A program made the translations under genes and the position numbers. From Felis catus (taxonomy: Eukaryota), in contig NC_058368.1 in assembly GCF_018350175.1 (NCBI RefSeq), positions 43,960,001 through 44,024,000 of the forward strand: a stretch of 64,000 nucleotides of DNA. The letters run 5' to 3'. Shown here piece by piece: positions 37,650 through 51,709 of the stretch. How positions within the stretch are numbered: position 1 is the first letter of the stretch; every line of letters starts with the position of its first letter. The notes under the pieces were generated by a model. The model was not told where the DNA came from. It searched no databases and saw only the letters and a list, made by a program, of their open reading frames with translations.

Positions 37650-40145
37650 CAGTTTCTGGTTCTGCATGTAAGTAAGGAGCATGGAAGTCACCAGTTCATC
37701 CTAACAAAATAGAAAAAGCTAAGCAGACTGAAAAATCAAAAACTCTTCTTGGATAAGAGAGGTAAAGACTCAAAGGAAACCCTGTCCCCTAAATTAGGAA
37801 GAAAGGCAAATGCAGGGAGTCTGCTTACTTCATGAGAGGCCCATGAGTAGAACCTCCATTGAAAAGAGTGTGGGGTCAGAAAACCTGCATCCTTGTAATT
37901 GGCAAATGGCTGGAGGCTCAGTGTGAACACCTTGGAGAGTTAAAAATCCAGGGAGCCACAGTCATAGGGGAATCCTCTACACTTTTAATGAGTTTTACTT
38001 CCTGAGTCCCCCAGATTCTCACAGCAAATGTAAGAGAGAGATCCCTTCATGCATCAGACAGCAGAAGGGGGAAAATACCTGTAAATGCACCAGAGTACTC
38101 TGTTCTTGACAAGGCCTGCCTTCAGGATAAACTAGCTAACAAGGGCCTAACTTGCTTGAGTATCAGAGCCTAAGCAACCTGGGGAATGGAAATATTCAAC
38201 TCCATCCCACTCTAGTCATTCTGTCCCACCTAAGTGGGAAGAGGGGATAAAAAACAAACTGAGAAACAGACACTCACTAAAAAGACTGAGAACTAATCAT
38301 AGGTTTACAGAACACCTCTCCTCCCCACATCTCACCACCACATTACTAAAGACCTATTTACAGCAGTTCCTTATGCTCAGTACATCATGTCTGCCAATAA
38401 AGAAAAAATTAAAATGCATACTGAAAGGCAAAAAACACAATATGAAGAAATAGAGCAAGCATCAGAACCTGTATGGTCAGGATGTTGGAATTATCAAACC
38501 AGGAATTTAAAACAACTATGCTTAATAGGCTAAGGACTTTAATTGAAAAAGCAGGATGCAATGCCAGATGGGCAATATAAGCAAAGAGATGGAAGTCCTA
38601 AAAGAATTTTTTTAAATGCTAGAAATAAAAAGCAAAACAAAACAAAACAACCCACTGTAACCAAAATGAATAGTGCTTTTGATGGCCCTATTGGAAGACC
38701 AGATACAGTTGAAAAAAGAACTTCTGAGCTTGAGGGTATATTCATAGAAACCTCTAAAACTGGAAAGCAAAGAGAACAAACACTGAAAAAAATAGCATAG
38801 GATATCCAAGGACTATTAATGTCAGACCAAACCACAGATCCAGGAAGCTCAGAGAACACCAAGTAGGAAAAATGCAAAAAGAAAAAAACAAAACAAAACA
38901 AAAAAACCCTGCACCCAGGCATATCATTTTCAAACCACAGAAAAGCAAAAATAAAGAAAAGATGCTTTCTTTTTTTTTTTTTCATTTTGCAGGGAAAAAA
39001 AATGGAAGGAGCCAGAAGAAAACAAAACAAAACAAAACAAACACTTTACCTATGGAGGAAAAAAAAATAAGCATTATATCTGACATCTCCTCAGAAAACA
39101 TGAAAGCATGTGAACAAGAAGAGAGTGGAGTAGTAAAACAGTTGACCAAAAAAACCCATCAACCTAGAACTTTTCTTCATGAGAAATTATCCTTCAAAGG
39201 TGAATGAGAATTACTTTCTCAAGAAGAAAAAATTGAGGAAATTTGTTGCCAGTAGAAAAATTAAATATTTCTTGCAAGAAATAGTAAGTTCTTTAGGGAG
39301 AAGGAAAATGCTATGTGAGAAACTAAGATCTATTGAACGAAAGGAAGAGCAGCTAAGGAGTAAGTGAAGATAAGACAAAAACATATTTTTCCTACTCTTG
39401 CTTGTCTATCAGATAAAAGTTGCTCAGAATAATGATAGCAATAATGCATTCATTTATCTATGCTTAAAGAGAAGTAAAATAAATGACAACAATGATAAAA
39501 ATGCTAGGGTAGGCGGTTAGCTAGTTGTGAGTAGGGAACAGGTGAGGAAGGGCAGAAACCAAGTTTCAGATAGCAGGGAGAGATGCCCAGGAACACGCAT
39601 GCACTCTCCCCTATGACCACTGCCCTACAGTAAAATATAGCTTCCTCATAATACAATTACACTGGGGTTTGCATCCCCCACCCCCGACCCCCGCAAGGCG
39701 TGGCTGCCATGACAGTTCCGACAAGGACCATATAGGGTCAAAAACTCCCCCTCCTGACAGGTGGGAGAGGTTCCTTAGATGATTGGCTGCAACATTAGTC
39801 AGGAACCGCCCTACCTAAGACCCGTAACACATTAAAAGAAAAAGAAAAGACTACACCGACCCCAAGTGTAGCTGCCAGCTGGGCCTGCCTGCTCTCCCAT
39901 CTTGGCAGTGTCATTTCTTTCTCTTTTTAAACTTTCTAATAAACTCTTGTTTGTTTTAGTTTGGCTCTTCACTCTTTCAAGGCCAAACTCAGGAACCAAG
40001 GTAGGCACAGAGGCCAAGGGACCTGCCACTACCACAATTGATGGAAGGGGGAAATTAGGATTACTTTGTCATTCTAAACTACAGACACTACTTATAAAGT
40101 TGTATAGTTCTATTTGAAAGAAAATTTGGATTAGTTGTAAACGTA
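37650..40145 (+). mobile_element. Old L1 5' portion (5' UTR, decayed ORF1, inter-ORF region), split by an LTR at 39502-40036
   Basis: Peptides PRHIIFK, ISDISSENMKA and HQPRTFLHEKLSFKGE resemble the L1 ORF1p C-terminal domains; L1 resumes after the LTR (ttgtaaacgtatattgcaaactccagg). Confidence 0.85.
39502..40036 (+). mobile_element. Solo ERV LTR inserted into L1
   Basis: TG...CA termini, ~535 bp, GC/CpG richer than flanks, ATTGG at 39782, AATAAA at 39938-39943; TSD not convincingly seen. Confidence 0.8.
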
Positions 40146-41290
40146 TATTGCAAACTCCAGGTAAACTTTTTCTTCAGACTGAATCCTATCTATTGTTGTA
40201 TCATCCAGTTTACCAACTTTTTGCTCAGTCATCTTTATTCTGAGATTAACCCAATTCAGTGCCTTTTATGTTAATTGTTCAATGTGTATTTATTTTTTAG
40301 AGATAGTGTGAGTGGGGGAGGGGCAGAAAGCGGGACATACAGAATCTGAAGCAGCTCCAGGCTCTATCCGAGCTGGCAGCAGAGTCTGTCCAGGGGCTCA
40401 AACTCAGGGACCTGTGAGATCATGACCTGAGCCGAAGTGCACCACTTAACCGACTGAGCTACCCAGGCGCCCCTATTCAGTGTCTTTTAAATGTCAAATG
40501 CTTTTATTTCTCGGTTCCATTATTTCATGTTGGTCCTTTTTCATATTTTATATTTTTTTTCTGATGAGACTTCTGTTTTTTCATTATTTATGAACGTTTT
40601 GCTTCTATGTCATTCAGCATGGTTATAATAGTTTGGAGTTCTTAAGTGCCAATTCAACATAAGGATCATCTCAAAGTCAGCCTCATTGACTCTTTTTCTT
40701 TGGAATACAGAAATTGTAATCTTCATTGTATCTTGGGCATTATGAATGTTGTAAGAAATGCTGAAATCTATTGTGTTCTTTTTATGTTTTAATGAAACAA
40801 TTGACTTCTTTTGACACAAACAACAAAATCTGTCTCTTGAGCTTTAGTTTAAATCTGGTGAGTCTGTCCCATACTTGAATGGTTCAGGTATAAATCATCT
40901 ATTTTTTTTTTTCCAAATAATACATGAACATTTGATATCCCCTTCTCTGGCACTCTGCTTTCTAGGGTTCCCTCCTCACTCTCCAACAACCCTGGGCAAT
41001 TCAGAATCAGATCTTTAGTTCTTGAACACAGAACAAGAGCAGATTCTCTAGAGATTTCTAATTACCACATGCCATACTGGTAGGACTTGGCCTTCTGGCA
41101 AAACATCTGTGAAAAATGGAAACTCAGATTTGGTTATTACATTCTTCCAACTTGATTACTATTCAAAACTGTCTACTGTTGTTTTATCTCTAGTAACTTG
41201 GAATTTGTTTATTGTGTTTACTTGATGGTTTATAGTTCCTGAGGGATGGTCATTGTGATTGGAGTGTTCTTGGCAATATAGGAATGGGGG
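40146..41290 (-). mobile_element. Ancient L1/HAL1-like fragment interrupted by SINE
   Basis: T-rich sequence resembling reverse L1 ORF1/5' region (ttctgagattaaccca...gtcctttttcatatttt...ctgatgagacttc). Confidence 0.5.
40269..40473 (-). mobile_element. Can-SINE
   Basis: Ends acccaggcgcccc; TSD attcagtg(c/t)ctttta. Confidence 0.93.
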
Positions 41291-42599
41291 AACATTGTCA
41301 TCTTTCACTTTTCTGCTTAAAACCCATTCTATCAATTATTATAATTAAACATAATCCCATTTTTAAAACTTTATTCACCCTAGATCTACTTCTGAATCCC
41401 TAGTCTAATACATCTTTATCCCTTTTTTTACACTACAAGGCTGGCTTTTATCTTTTATCAAGCAAGTCCTAAAAACAATTTTTAAAACTTCCAGTGGCTT
41501 ATTAGTTAATTTATTTTTAAAAACTTCTTATTGTTAGTCACTCAAGAATTGGCCCTTTGCACACCTATCTCTATAATTTCATCTTAGATAAACTTTCTGT
41601 CACTCAGTTGGATATACAGAAAACTATATGATGTTTGTACTTCTTGGAAAACATTGAATCCCATAAATAGCTGATATGTGTATCTTATCTTCCAGCTATA
41701 TGATGAAGTTAAGTTGGCTTATACAGAGTTAATAAATGAGATCATTATTGAATATATTAAATTTGAATTAATACTTTCTCTCTACATCAAGTAATTATGA
41801 AATTTGGGGTAAATTTAAATAAGCAAATGATCTCTTAAACATAATTTTCCTTAATTAAATCTGTAAAGGAAATAACACTTTGAAAGACAACATTTTTTTA
41901 AATATGTTCTTTAAACAAAGCTTTAGCATTGAACTCTCAATTCTAGGACTAAGAATGAAATAGCAATTATTTCATTAATAAAAAAAAGAAAATTTGCATA
42001 GGGATTGTACATCATCTTGTGACATGACAGAATGTCTAAAATAGGAAAACAGACAGGAGTCTAAAGGAGAGAGCAATATAATCTAGATTTAAAATACCAT
42101 GATTTCTCTAAAACTATTTATTCTGTGTATTTCTGAACTAATATTTCAGTTTTAACAGCTAAAACTTCTATTGTTTTCTGAAACATGATGTCTAAATGCC
42201 AAAACCTTTAGATTTATCAACCTGAATTATCTTCTACATCTACTCTGTCTAACGAATGTGTATACACTCTTTAATATGCATCTAATCTCAACACTCCTTT
42301 CTACTAAAAATGCCTCTGTTTAACTGCTAGGCCAGACAGTTTCCTAAAATACCAAAAATGCTAGACCAGTGATTTGGCATTGAAGCTGTAATAAAAAAAT
42401 AAAATAAAATAACCAAAATATATAATGAAGTTTGTTATTAAAGTTTTCAAATTTAAAATATTTAATTTTGTTGTTGATTTGCTATCTCTAGGCTATACTT
42501 GATTAATTCTGAATAGAGAGTCTTAAAATATTTATTTTGGAAGGATCTTAGCAGTATATGTATAGTTCAGCTCACATTTTCTTTACAAAATATTTGGAT

Positions 42600-43285
42600 G
42601 ATTATAAAAGAATGTGAAATATAAATTTACAAAAGAGGAATTCCAGGAGGCCAATATATATGAAAACAAATCCAAACTTACTGCTTAGCAGTGGAGTGAA
42701 AATGAAAGGGGAAAAATGAAACTCAAGTGTTCTCCTTAAAAACTGTAAATAATTTAAGAAAATTGCTACATTAGTATAAAAGAAATGTTTGCAGGACATT
42801 CAGGTAATTGTACACAGTAAGTTGTAAATGTGTTAAAACAATTAAGCAACTATATGTTATAATATACATGATATCAAAATTTATGATACCTCTCTGCTTT
42901 ATATATGTATCTGACACATACATGATATGCGTTACACATGTGTGTATATAAGATAGAGGTTTTTGAGAATGTGTTCCATAATAATATAACCATATGGCCA
43001 AAACAGTATTTTATATAAAGGGAAATTATAACGTAAAGAATATATAATTTGATTAATCATGGTAAAATTACATGACAGATTGTAGTAAGCTTTCAAAAAT
43101 GATAGTTTTGAAGAATATATAACATCATAGAACTATGCTCATAATACATTGTTAAGTAATTAAAAACTGGTTGGAAAATGTTGCAAAATAATAGTAGTAG
43201 TTATTTATGTATGTATAGTATTTAAATGTCACTTTCTGATTTTTATATATTAAATATGCATTATTTATTATCAAAGAAAAATAAA
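42600..43285 (+). mobile_element. Ancient L1 (L1ME-type) 3' fragments
   Basis: aatttacaaaagaggaattccaggaggccaatatatatgaaa; tgctcataatacattgttaagt. Confidence 0.5.
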
Positions 43286-44039
43286 GTAACCATTTCTAAA
43301 TGATACATTGGGCAGGTGGAATTATTGCATAGGTAATTTAACCTCGACTGATACATAATTAGTTAGAAATTCTAGCCTAGAAATAAAAAGTGAAATTCTA
43401 TAAAGCATATATATAAAGGTATTATTTCCCTAGGATACTTAACATTTGGCATATTTATTTTGCACTAGGAATATAGTTAGAAAAAATGTTAGTGTGAAAA
43501 ATATTGGATATGTAATTCCATATTAACTCATAGATATTTATTACTATTATATTCAGAAACCCCATTGTGAATTAACCTTAGGAAACAAAATATAAACAGC
43601 TCTCTTTATTTAATAGCAGGGAAGTCATCTCACAGATGCATGTGGAAAACATGCAGATTTTATCTGAGTATCTACAATTTATGAATTAGTCAGCTCTTAC
43701 TATGTTTTATACACTTATGTAGTCAATGGATATACAGTGGTGGAAAGGAGACCTATAGTTCTTCCTCTCAAGAAGCTTAATTTAGAGGGATATTTAGACA
43801 ATAAAAAAACAAATATACTTAATATATTCCATATTGCTAAAGTTGCCATAAAATAATAAATCAGAATAAGGGCATACAAAATGACATGCATAGGTAGGGT
43901 GGGGTTCTATACCTACACACAAGGAATTGTGGGGGGCATAATATTAGATAGGGTACTCAAGGATGGCTCCTTTGAGGGTTTGATAATTGTTGAAAATAAG
44001 ACGGAAATACTTGTCTTAATTTTCAACGACCAGTAAAGT

Positions 44040-45230
44040 GATGGTAATTTTTGCTAATGAAAGACAAAATAAGTACAATAAACACTTGTGCAGGAGAAGA
44101 AGAGGAGTCCCACCGCAGACTTTAGTACAAAACAACTTTTAAGTTGGGAAAGTATAGTTATTGAGTTAGTTGGTGAAAATTTCTTGAATGTTCTTTCCAG
44201 GAGGAGTCTTCTTGGACACTTTCCTTTATGTACCTTGGCTTCACACTCAAAACTATCCCTATTCTTCATTCCACATTATTCGTTGTGGCCTGTCCCAAAA
44301 AAGATGTTGGCAAGAATGCTTTCTCAGTGTTCAGGTTTTATTAATTCTCTACATTTTTGACAGATGACTAGGATTTTTATTTCTGGTTGTATGATTGCTT
44401 GAAAAATGTGGTTGGCTCCTAATATTCTTGTTTATTGTCCGTTCTGTGCGCCAAGCAACCAAAGACAAAGGTTTTATCTGAACATAAGTTTCAGTCTTTC
44501 TGTTACTCCTTTGTTTCTTTTTCCCCATGCTGTTTTCCTCAATTTAATGACATTTTTCAAAGCCATCTGGAAGGCCACATACTTAATCTGAAGTTTGATA
44601 CAAGGCTGCTTTACTTCATCCAACTGAGATATTTTATAAAGTTTTCACTTTCCAAGCCTTTTTTTTTTTTTTTTCAATTTTGTTGCTCTACTGGTTATTA
44701 TTATAATTTCCTCTTTGGGGTCTAGAACCAGAAAGATTTTCAACATGAAATGCTTTGATCTTTATACTATCTCTCTTCATCTCTGCACTTAAAAACAAAC
44801 AAACAAACAAGCAAACAAATGAAAAACAATATTCTTTCTTGAACTATTTATTATAATACCTTGCCTGAAGACTCCAATAATAGCCAAACACATTAACAAG
44901 GTAATCCTTTCAAGGATGGAAGGAAATCCAAGAAATCCAATCCTTCCAAGAAATCCTTCCATTTCTCTTAGAGATACAGCCTCAGTAAACACTTCATTTG
45001 CCTTGAAAATCATCACAGAAGAGAGACAGTTTTACCAGTGTTTTCTCACATAAGAAGCCTCTCTGCCCTTCCATCCAGAAATATCTATCTCCTTGCCCTC
45101 TCCCTCCAGAATACTAAACCAGTGGCATTAATCTACCAAAGAGGATCTGCAATATTTGTTATCAGTTTCTCTATTAATAAGGCTACACTAGTCCTTTCAC
45201 ATATACATTTTAAAACCTCAGTGGCTTAAT
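44040..45230 (-). mobile_element. Old MaLR internal region plus LTR fragment
   Basis: Minus strand ggcttggaaa...attaagtatgtggcc...agtgtttattgtacttattttgtc resembles MLT1-int; aaaacctcagtggcttaa at ~45211-45229 is MLT1 LTR-like. Confidence 0.5.
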
Positions 45231-45486
45231 CCCTGGAGTTATAAATAGGATTAATGCCATTGTAAGAGTCATGAAAGAGCTTGCTTCCTTTTTCTGCTCT
45301 CTAACATGTGAGGATACAAGTGTATGGTCTACAACCTGGACAAGGATCCTCACTGGAACTCAACCATTCTGGCACCCTGATTTTAAATTTCAAACCTCTA
45401 GAACTATGAGAAATATATTTCTATTGTTTATAGGCCATCCATGTATGGCATTCTCTTACAGCAGCCTGAATGAAGACAGCAAGACA
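45231..45486 (+). mobile_element. MaLR LTR 3' part (MLT1A/MST-like)
   Basis: ggattaatgccattgtaaga...catgtgaggataca...ctggcaccctgatttt...agaactatgagaaata...gcagcctgaa...aagaca. Confidence 0.85.
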
Positions 45487-45789
45487 GACATTGACTTAAA
45501 AAGGCAATAAAACACCACTGGAAATGATAAACTAGAAGTAGAAAATGGTTTACAAGAACATTTATTGGAACTTGATGAGTCATTTTTTTTTTATACGGAT
45601 ACATGAAAAAAAAAATGCTATCTTCAATCATTCCAAACTGGTGTCAAAGAATGGTGTTTTGCTTATGTCTAGAGCTTTTCTTTTTCTGAGTGAGTTAAGC
45701 CAAATGGTTTGCTCCCATTGTCTAACTCCTTTCACCTAGAGAACTCAGTGTATGTATCTAAAAATAAAAGGTTTACAGTTGTTTCCAAA

Positions 45790-46417
45790 ATTTTTTTCAG
45801 ATTCTCCCTGTGATGTATAAAGCCAGAAAGAGCATGAATACCATTCTAACAATAAGAAAAAGCTGGATCAATTACAAAATCACATAAGTTTTCATGAATC
45901 CATCAGAGAATTGAGGTTATTGCACAAACAAGTAGCCTGATACCTAAGACAATATGAGTTAATTTCCCATGGGAAGATTTGATGTGAGCACTGACCCACA
46001 GTGGCAGAGAAGAGGAAGAAGAGACATGGATACCATACAAGTATGTATAAGTTGTAAGAATTCATCTACATTTTTTCACAAATGGTTAAAAGCTGAAAAT
46101 ATGCTGGCTGTGTGTATAGGAACCTTGGGAGTTGCAGACAGAGTGGAGTTTGCATGCACTCACTGGCTCCTCTGCTTGGCTATCGACCATGTATTCATTG
46201 GGGAATTTGGAGACAGGAATAGAGAAGTATCTAATCTCTGTGGTGGCTTTTCCTGCACATACATAGAGGCCTGATTTAGCACAAAATATGGGTGAATTTC
46301 AAGGAGAGATGGGATGTGAGCACTGACCTACAGTGGCAGGAAAGAGGAGGTAGAGATGTGGAAACCATGCAAGTAGGCAGTAAGTTGTAATAATTCATCT
46401 AAATTTTATAACAAATG
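45790..46417 (+). mobile_element. Old L1 5' UTR with ~332-bp-period internal repeat
   Basis: ctaacaataagaaaaagctgga resembles the L1 5' end at ~37700; direct repeat 45933-46085 / 46266-46417. Confidence 0.65.
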
Positions 46418-46419
46418 AA

Positions 46420-47060
46420 CGTTGGTTTACAAATGTCTGTTTGAGTCACTGCTTTGGTAACTTCTTCTAGATAGATGTAGGAGTGGTATTGCTGTATATA
46501 TAGTATTCGCATGTTTAACATCTTGAGAAACCTGCACCACTTAACATTCCGTAAGTAATGTAAAAGGGTTCCAATTTTTCCATATCCTTGATAACACTTG
46601 TTACTTTCCACTTTTTTTTTCTTTTTAATTATAGTGATCATAGTATGTGTAAAGTGATTATTTCCTGGTTTTAATTTGCATTTCTCTGATGACTAATGCT
46701 ATTGAGCATGTTTTCATGTGGTCATTGGTTATTCATAAACCTTTTTTTTTTTTAATGTTTACTTATTTTTGAGAGAGAGAATGCTCTCATGCATGTGCGA
46801 GTGGGGGAGGAGCAGAGAGAGAGGAGGACAGAGGATCTGAAGTGGGCTCTGTGCTAACAGCAGAGAGCTGGACATGGGGCTCAAACCAACAAACCATGAG
46901 ATCATGACCTGAGCCAAAATCAAGAGTCGACTGCTTAACCAACTGAGCCACTCAGGTGACCCTATTGGTAAACCTTCTTTAGAGAAATGTCCATTTGAAT
47001 CATTTGCCTTTTTTTGAAATGGAATATTTCACTCTTATTAACCATAGAGTAAGAATTTCC
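46420..47060 (-). mobile_element. L1 ORF2 3' fragment interrupted by SINE
   Basis: ttaatttgcatttctctgatgactaatgctattgagcat...ctttagagaaatgtccatt. Confidence 0.85.
46742..46962 (-). mobile_element. Can-SINE
   Basis: polyT, ends gccactcaggtgaccc; TSD taaacctt. Confidence 0.93.
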
Positions 47061-47831
47061 GGAGAAACTTATATCTCCTATTTCTTTTTCTTTATTTTCT
47101 AATTTTCCCTTTCTTTGCCCTCTAACTTGTCTTAGTCACCTCATTTTTGTTTATACAGTGGGTAATGGTGCAATTTCACAGCTCACTGAAAGAAAAATGT
47201 GTGCATGTATACATACATTTATTACAAATTTTACTGATATATGTGAAGTAGAGTGCAAATATACAACTATTGACAATTCTCTTTATTCTAAATTCTTAGA
47301 GACAATCAGTTCTCAAGAAGGCTTTTAAAATGTTTTGCCAAACCTTTTGTATCCATGGATGTAATTGATGCGAATAGTTTTAACATGAAATTTGATTGAT
47401 AATTTTGTTTAAATTGATGATTAAGCAAAGCAATGATGACTTATATTGGAAATTCAAAAGTCTGTCAATGATGTGTATGATTTACTTGCCGAAACAGGTG
47501 ATAGTTTTATAGTAAGAGAATATTACTCCATATTGCTGTTCTAACCATAATAAAACAACTACAGACATGGCATACACAACATTTTCAATCACTTTTATAT
47601 ATCTAAAAAATCAACAGAACAATAAATTCAACCCTGATTGGTAGCTCTTGTCCAGGTTCATGATGCAAACACTCACATGAGACTTTTTCAAGCTACCAAT
47701 TTAACTCCACTTGCAGGTAAGAAAAAAAAATGCAAGGCAGCAGCTACTTATTATTTTCATTATACAGCTAGAATAGGTATAACCTCAAGACAAGGGACAT
47801 TAGTAGAATGTAGTAGAAGAATTAGAAAGTT

Positions 47832-48041
47832 GAGATGCCTTGGTGGTTCAGTGGTTTGAGCATATGATTCTTGATATTATCTCAGGTCACGATCTCACGG
47901 TCCTGAGATTGAGACCCACATCAGGCTCTGGGCTGGGCCTGGAGCCCGCTTGGGATTCTCTGTCTCCCTCTCTCTCTGCTCCTCCCCCAAGCTCTCTCTC
48001 TCTCTCTTTCTCTCTCCAAAATAAATAAACATTAAAAAAAG
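47832..48041 (+). mobile_element. Can-SINE
   Basis: TSD aagaat(t/g)agaaagt; (CT)n and aataaa tail. Confidence 0.93.
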
Positions 48042-51000
48042 AAGAATGAGAAAGTAATGAGATTCAAGTTTTTATTATCTTTGTCTTTAGCATAATTTAA
48101 TCAGTATAAAATAGATTTAATCATGGCTGTGTTTAACGAGTGGATCTAGACAGCTGGTATGATTTGGCTTCTTCACAGAATTATTTGTATATCAGTACCT
48201 AATATCACTGTCTGATCTTTATTGCTAAACAAGTGACTATGTGACACAGAACTGAAAATACATCTGGTTTCACAAATCCTCTCTTATTTGCATGCTTCTG
48301 TTTATTTTTTTTCAAATGTAAGATTTCCCTAAGATGATGTGAACATGTACAGTCTATCTTTTCCACTGTTCTTAGTACAAAGAGTACATTGGGAATTTCA
48401 ATAATTCTTCTGGAACCATTTCTTTTGAAGACAAAGTTTTGATTTATTTAACTGATTGTTGTGGATTTATTACAGTAGTGAATTATGTGTTAAGAAAGGA
48501 AAACAAACATAATCTCTTAGAGAAGAAACATCTAAGTGCGACTATACCCCACACAGTGTTACTCAGTGAATATTCTTGCAAGAGTGAGTTAAACCATGTA
48601 GTCCTAGATGTTTGTTCTGAATTTCCAATAATAAAAAGAAAACACCCAACTTCAATTGTCAATTAGAACTTTAGATTTGAAATAAAGAAAATAAATGACA
48701 CAAAGAACAAAAACTAAACAACAAAAGCAAAAACAAAACAAAAAACCATTAGGCATCTGGTAAATTAAATTAAAAAAAATCTTTATATAGTGTATGCCAT
48801 TCCCAATCAAATTTCATTCTAATTCACTACTTTTTGTAGTTAAAAAATATCTTTAGATACATTCCACATCACCTTTTTTTGTTATGTTATTTTATTCCCA
48901 GGAAATTTGTGTATATAAAAAAAACATAGATTTATTTTTCTCATAAGAATCACCATAATAACAGGGATGGTACACTATATTTTAAAATAATGTGTCATCT
49001 CAATGCTGCAGGGAGTCCTTGAACACATGCTGTCCATATGCCCAATGAATTTACCCTGTGCAAATTCTCCTAAATGACTAACTGACTAAATAAATTCTCT
49101 CAAGACACATCCCATCATAATGCTTGATCAGCTATGGTTCATTTATTGTTATATAATTGCAAAGGATGTTTATCCTTTCTTGCCCTTTCATGCTGCACAA
49201 GCTGTTGTAATGTTCTGGGTCACAGATAGGATGAAACTGTGACTAAGCTCTTTTGTGAGTATTCTATAATTTGATACTTTGCAAAAACCCAAACAGATAA
49301 AATGATGTGTCTCCTATTTTGTAAATCTTAATGCTGAAACATAAGTATAGTAAAATAAAATTATAAAAAGTGGTTTAAATTTGTCAAAATGCCATAAATG
49401 ATCTTCTCTTCTTCATGTTGGTATACTTAAAATTGCAATGAATTAAAGAGATGAAAGTACTTTAGAAACCTTCAACATATTACCCTTGTTTCAGAACTGG
49501 AAAAGTTGAGAATTTGGAGATATGAACAGATTGTATGACATTACATAGATTGTAAACATATTACAACTGAATGCCAGATCCTCAAATGAAAACTCTTGAG
49601 GTGCTTCATCCGACAGAAAAATAAATAAATAAACAAACAAACAAATAAATAAAGCCTCTTTGATAAAATTCAGAGTGAAAAAATGTATTTATGTCTGTTT
49701 AAAATTTTAGAGACAAAGACTGTAAATCATGATTACTAAAGCTGTCAATTGTTTTCAGTATTTATTGGTACAATCCAAAGATGATTCAGTTTTTATTTTG
49801 GGAGATTGCTATCAGCCATATAGTAAACACCTTGGACGCAAGCAAGTTTTAGTCCCTATTCAAGTGAAGGACAGCTAACCTACCACATTTGATGCCTTCT
49901 TATAAGGTGGAAGGAGATGTGAACTTGAAGCTTTAGAGTTTAGGACAGTCTTTGGTCATATTCATCAATAGACAGAGCTATTGTCTAAGTATAGTCTCAT
50001 CAAAGAAGAGTGCAAATAAGATATATTTTTCCCTAATAAATGTTAAATTTATGCTGTATAAAATATTCTCACTTAAAATTTGCAGCTAGTTTCATAACTT
50101 TCAGTTTACATGTTTTAAATTAAAAGCCCATCTTTTATCACCACATTACATATTTTCTTCTCATTCTTCGTACAATGGAAAAATATTATCTCCAGGAACT
50201 TGAATGGAGAAAGGTGTCTGACTTCCTATTTTACTCTTCTTCTTACTTACTCTGGCTCTTTGATGTAGAGATAAATGGTATATTTTGATTCAGACATGCC
50301 TCCTCTTTTCTTTTTAAAGCTCTTACTATTTTTCTGAGAAGCTTGGAAAAGAAGAAAAAAGAGTAAAAAATAGGGCAAACATTGATTTGATAAGCTTTCC
50401 ATGGCTATAGATACTTGTGGTTGGTTATTCCTGACATTCTGGCTTAGCTTGGCCATCTATTTCACTCTGGATAACAAGCACCTATATATATATAGGTGTT
50501 GGTTCTCAGGTAGAGTTCATGTATTTGTTACTCAGGAACCCTGTAGGGCTTTCAAGTAGCATAATTATCTAATGTTGGGCATTTGTCACCAACAGACTTT
50601 TTCCTCTACGTCAGATTATGGCACAAGAAGTTATTTTCCAGAATTTCTTTCTGGTAGAATTCCCTCTCCCAGTGGGTCCCATTCTTGAATTACCAATACC
50701 ACTGGAGACATATCTTTGCCATGCCAGTTGGTAAGATTGCAGGACACTTTACTGTCAGGAAAAACTCCACCACCACCATTCACAGCAACAATTCTCTAAT
50801 TTTCTTCCCCCTCTTATTCATGTAGGCCTGGGCCACATGATGCAGTTCATTAAATCCACTGCTTAATCAAACTTTGATTGGTGAATGAGATATCACTCTC
50901 CTCTTTTCATATATTGCAAGTGACCCTCTTTAAGTCCTTACTGGGGTGGAGGGGAATTCTGCATCACAAAGATCTTGAAGACTCACTTCTGTCTTTTTAC

Positions 51001-51709
51001 CCACTGTTTTGTGTATCACATCAATTTCAATAACTCCTTATGAATTGATACCTATACATTATATACTTATGCTTTTTTTGTCATCTACATTGTTAGCATA
51101 TTTTTTACTTCTTATTTTATGGTATTATATACCAAACAAATATTAAATGTGTATCATTAAAATTTTAATGTTTTCTTTTGGTTTTTAATATAGAGTCACT
51201 CTACTCTCAGTATCAGACTAAGAAACATTTAATTGTTTCCTTTAGGAGGAATTGATTTATTTATTGGTTCATAAGTTTGAGGCACGAATATCAATAACTA
51301 ATTTATATTTTTATCTTACTTTTAACACTAGAAATTATTTTCATTTTTTAACTCCTGTTCGATCCTTCTATCTACTTGTAGTTATCCCAATATATTTATT
51401 TAAGCCATCACCTTCACTACATAAAATTTTAAAAACTAATTTTAATAACTAAGAGCATTTTTGCTACCCCCAACTCAACCGTGAGGATATTTATGAATAA
51501 TTTGTAATATTATTTTTATGCTATTGACAAATTAGGCATCCAAAATATGTCATCATTAAACTCATTTTTTAAATGTATTTGTTATATTCCTTTGTATTGA
51601 AAGATAGTACATTCATTTGGTAGAGTTTCTGGAAAACATAGTTTGTAGCACTATACACTCTATTTGTCAGCTTGTTATTTAAAAAAAAAAAAAAAAAAAA
51701 ACAAACCTT

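Noticed and set aside
38539..39030. Longest ORF (163 aa, minus strand)
   Set aside because: Phe/Leu-rich antisense read of A-rich L1 ORF1 remnants.
50479..50498. 20-bp palindrome cacctatatatatataggtg
   Set aside because: 12 of 20 bases are a self-complementary (TA)6 run; only 4 informative pairs.
50390..51020. Slightly GC-richer block, possibly ERVL-derived
   Set aside because: No termini or peptide motifs identified with enough confidence to call.
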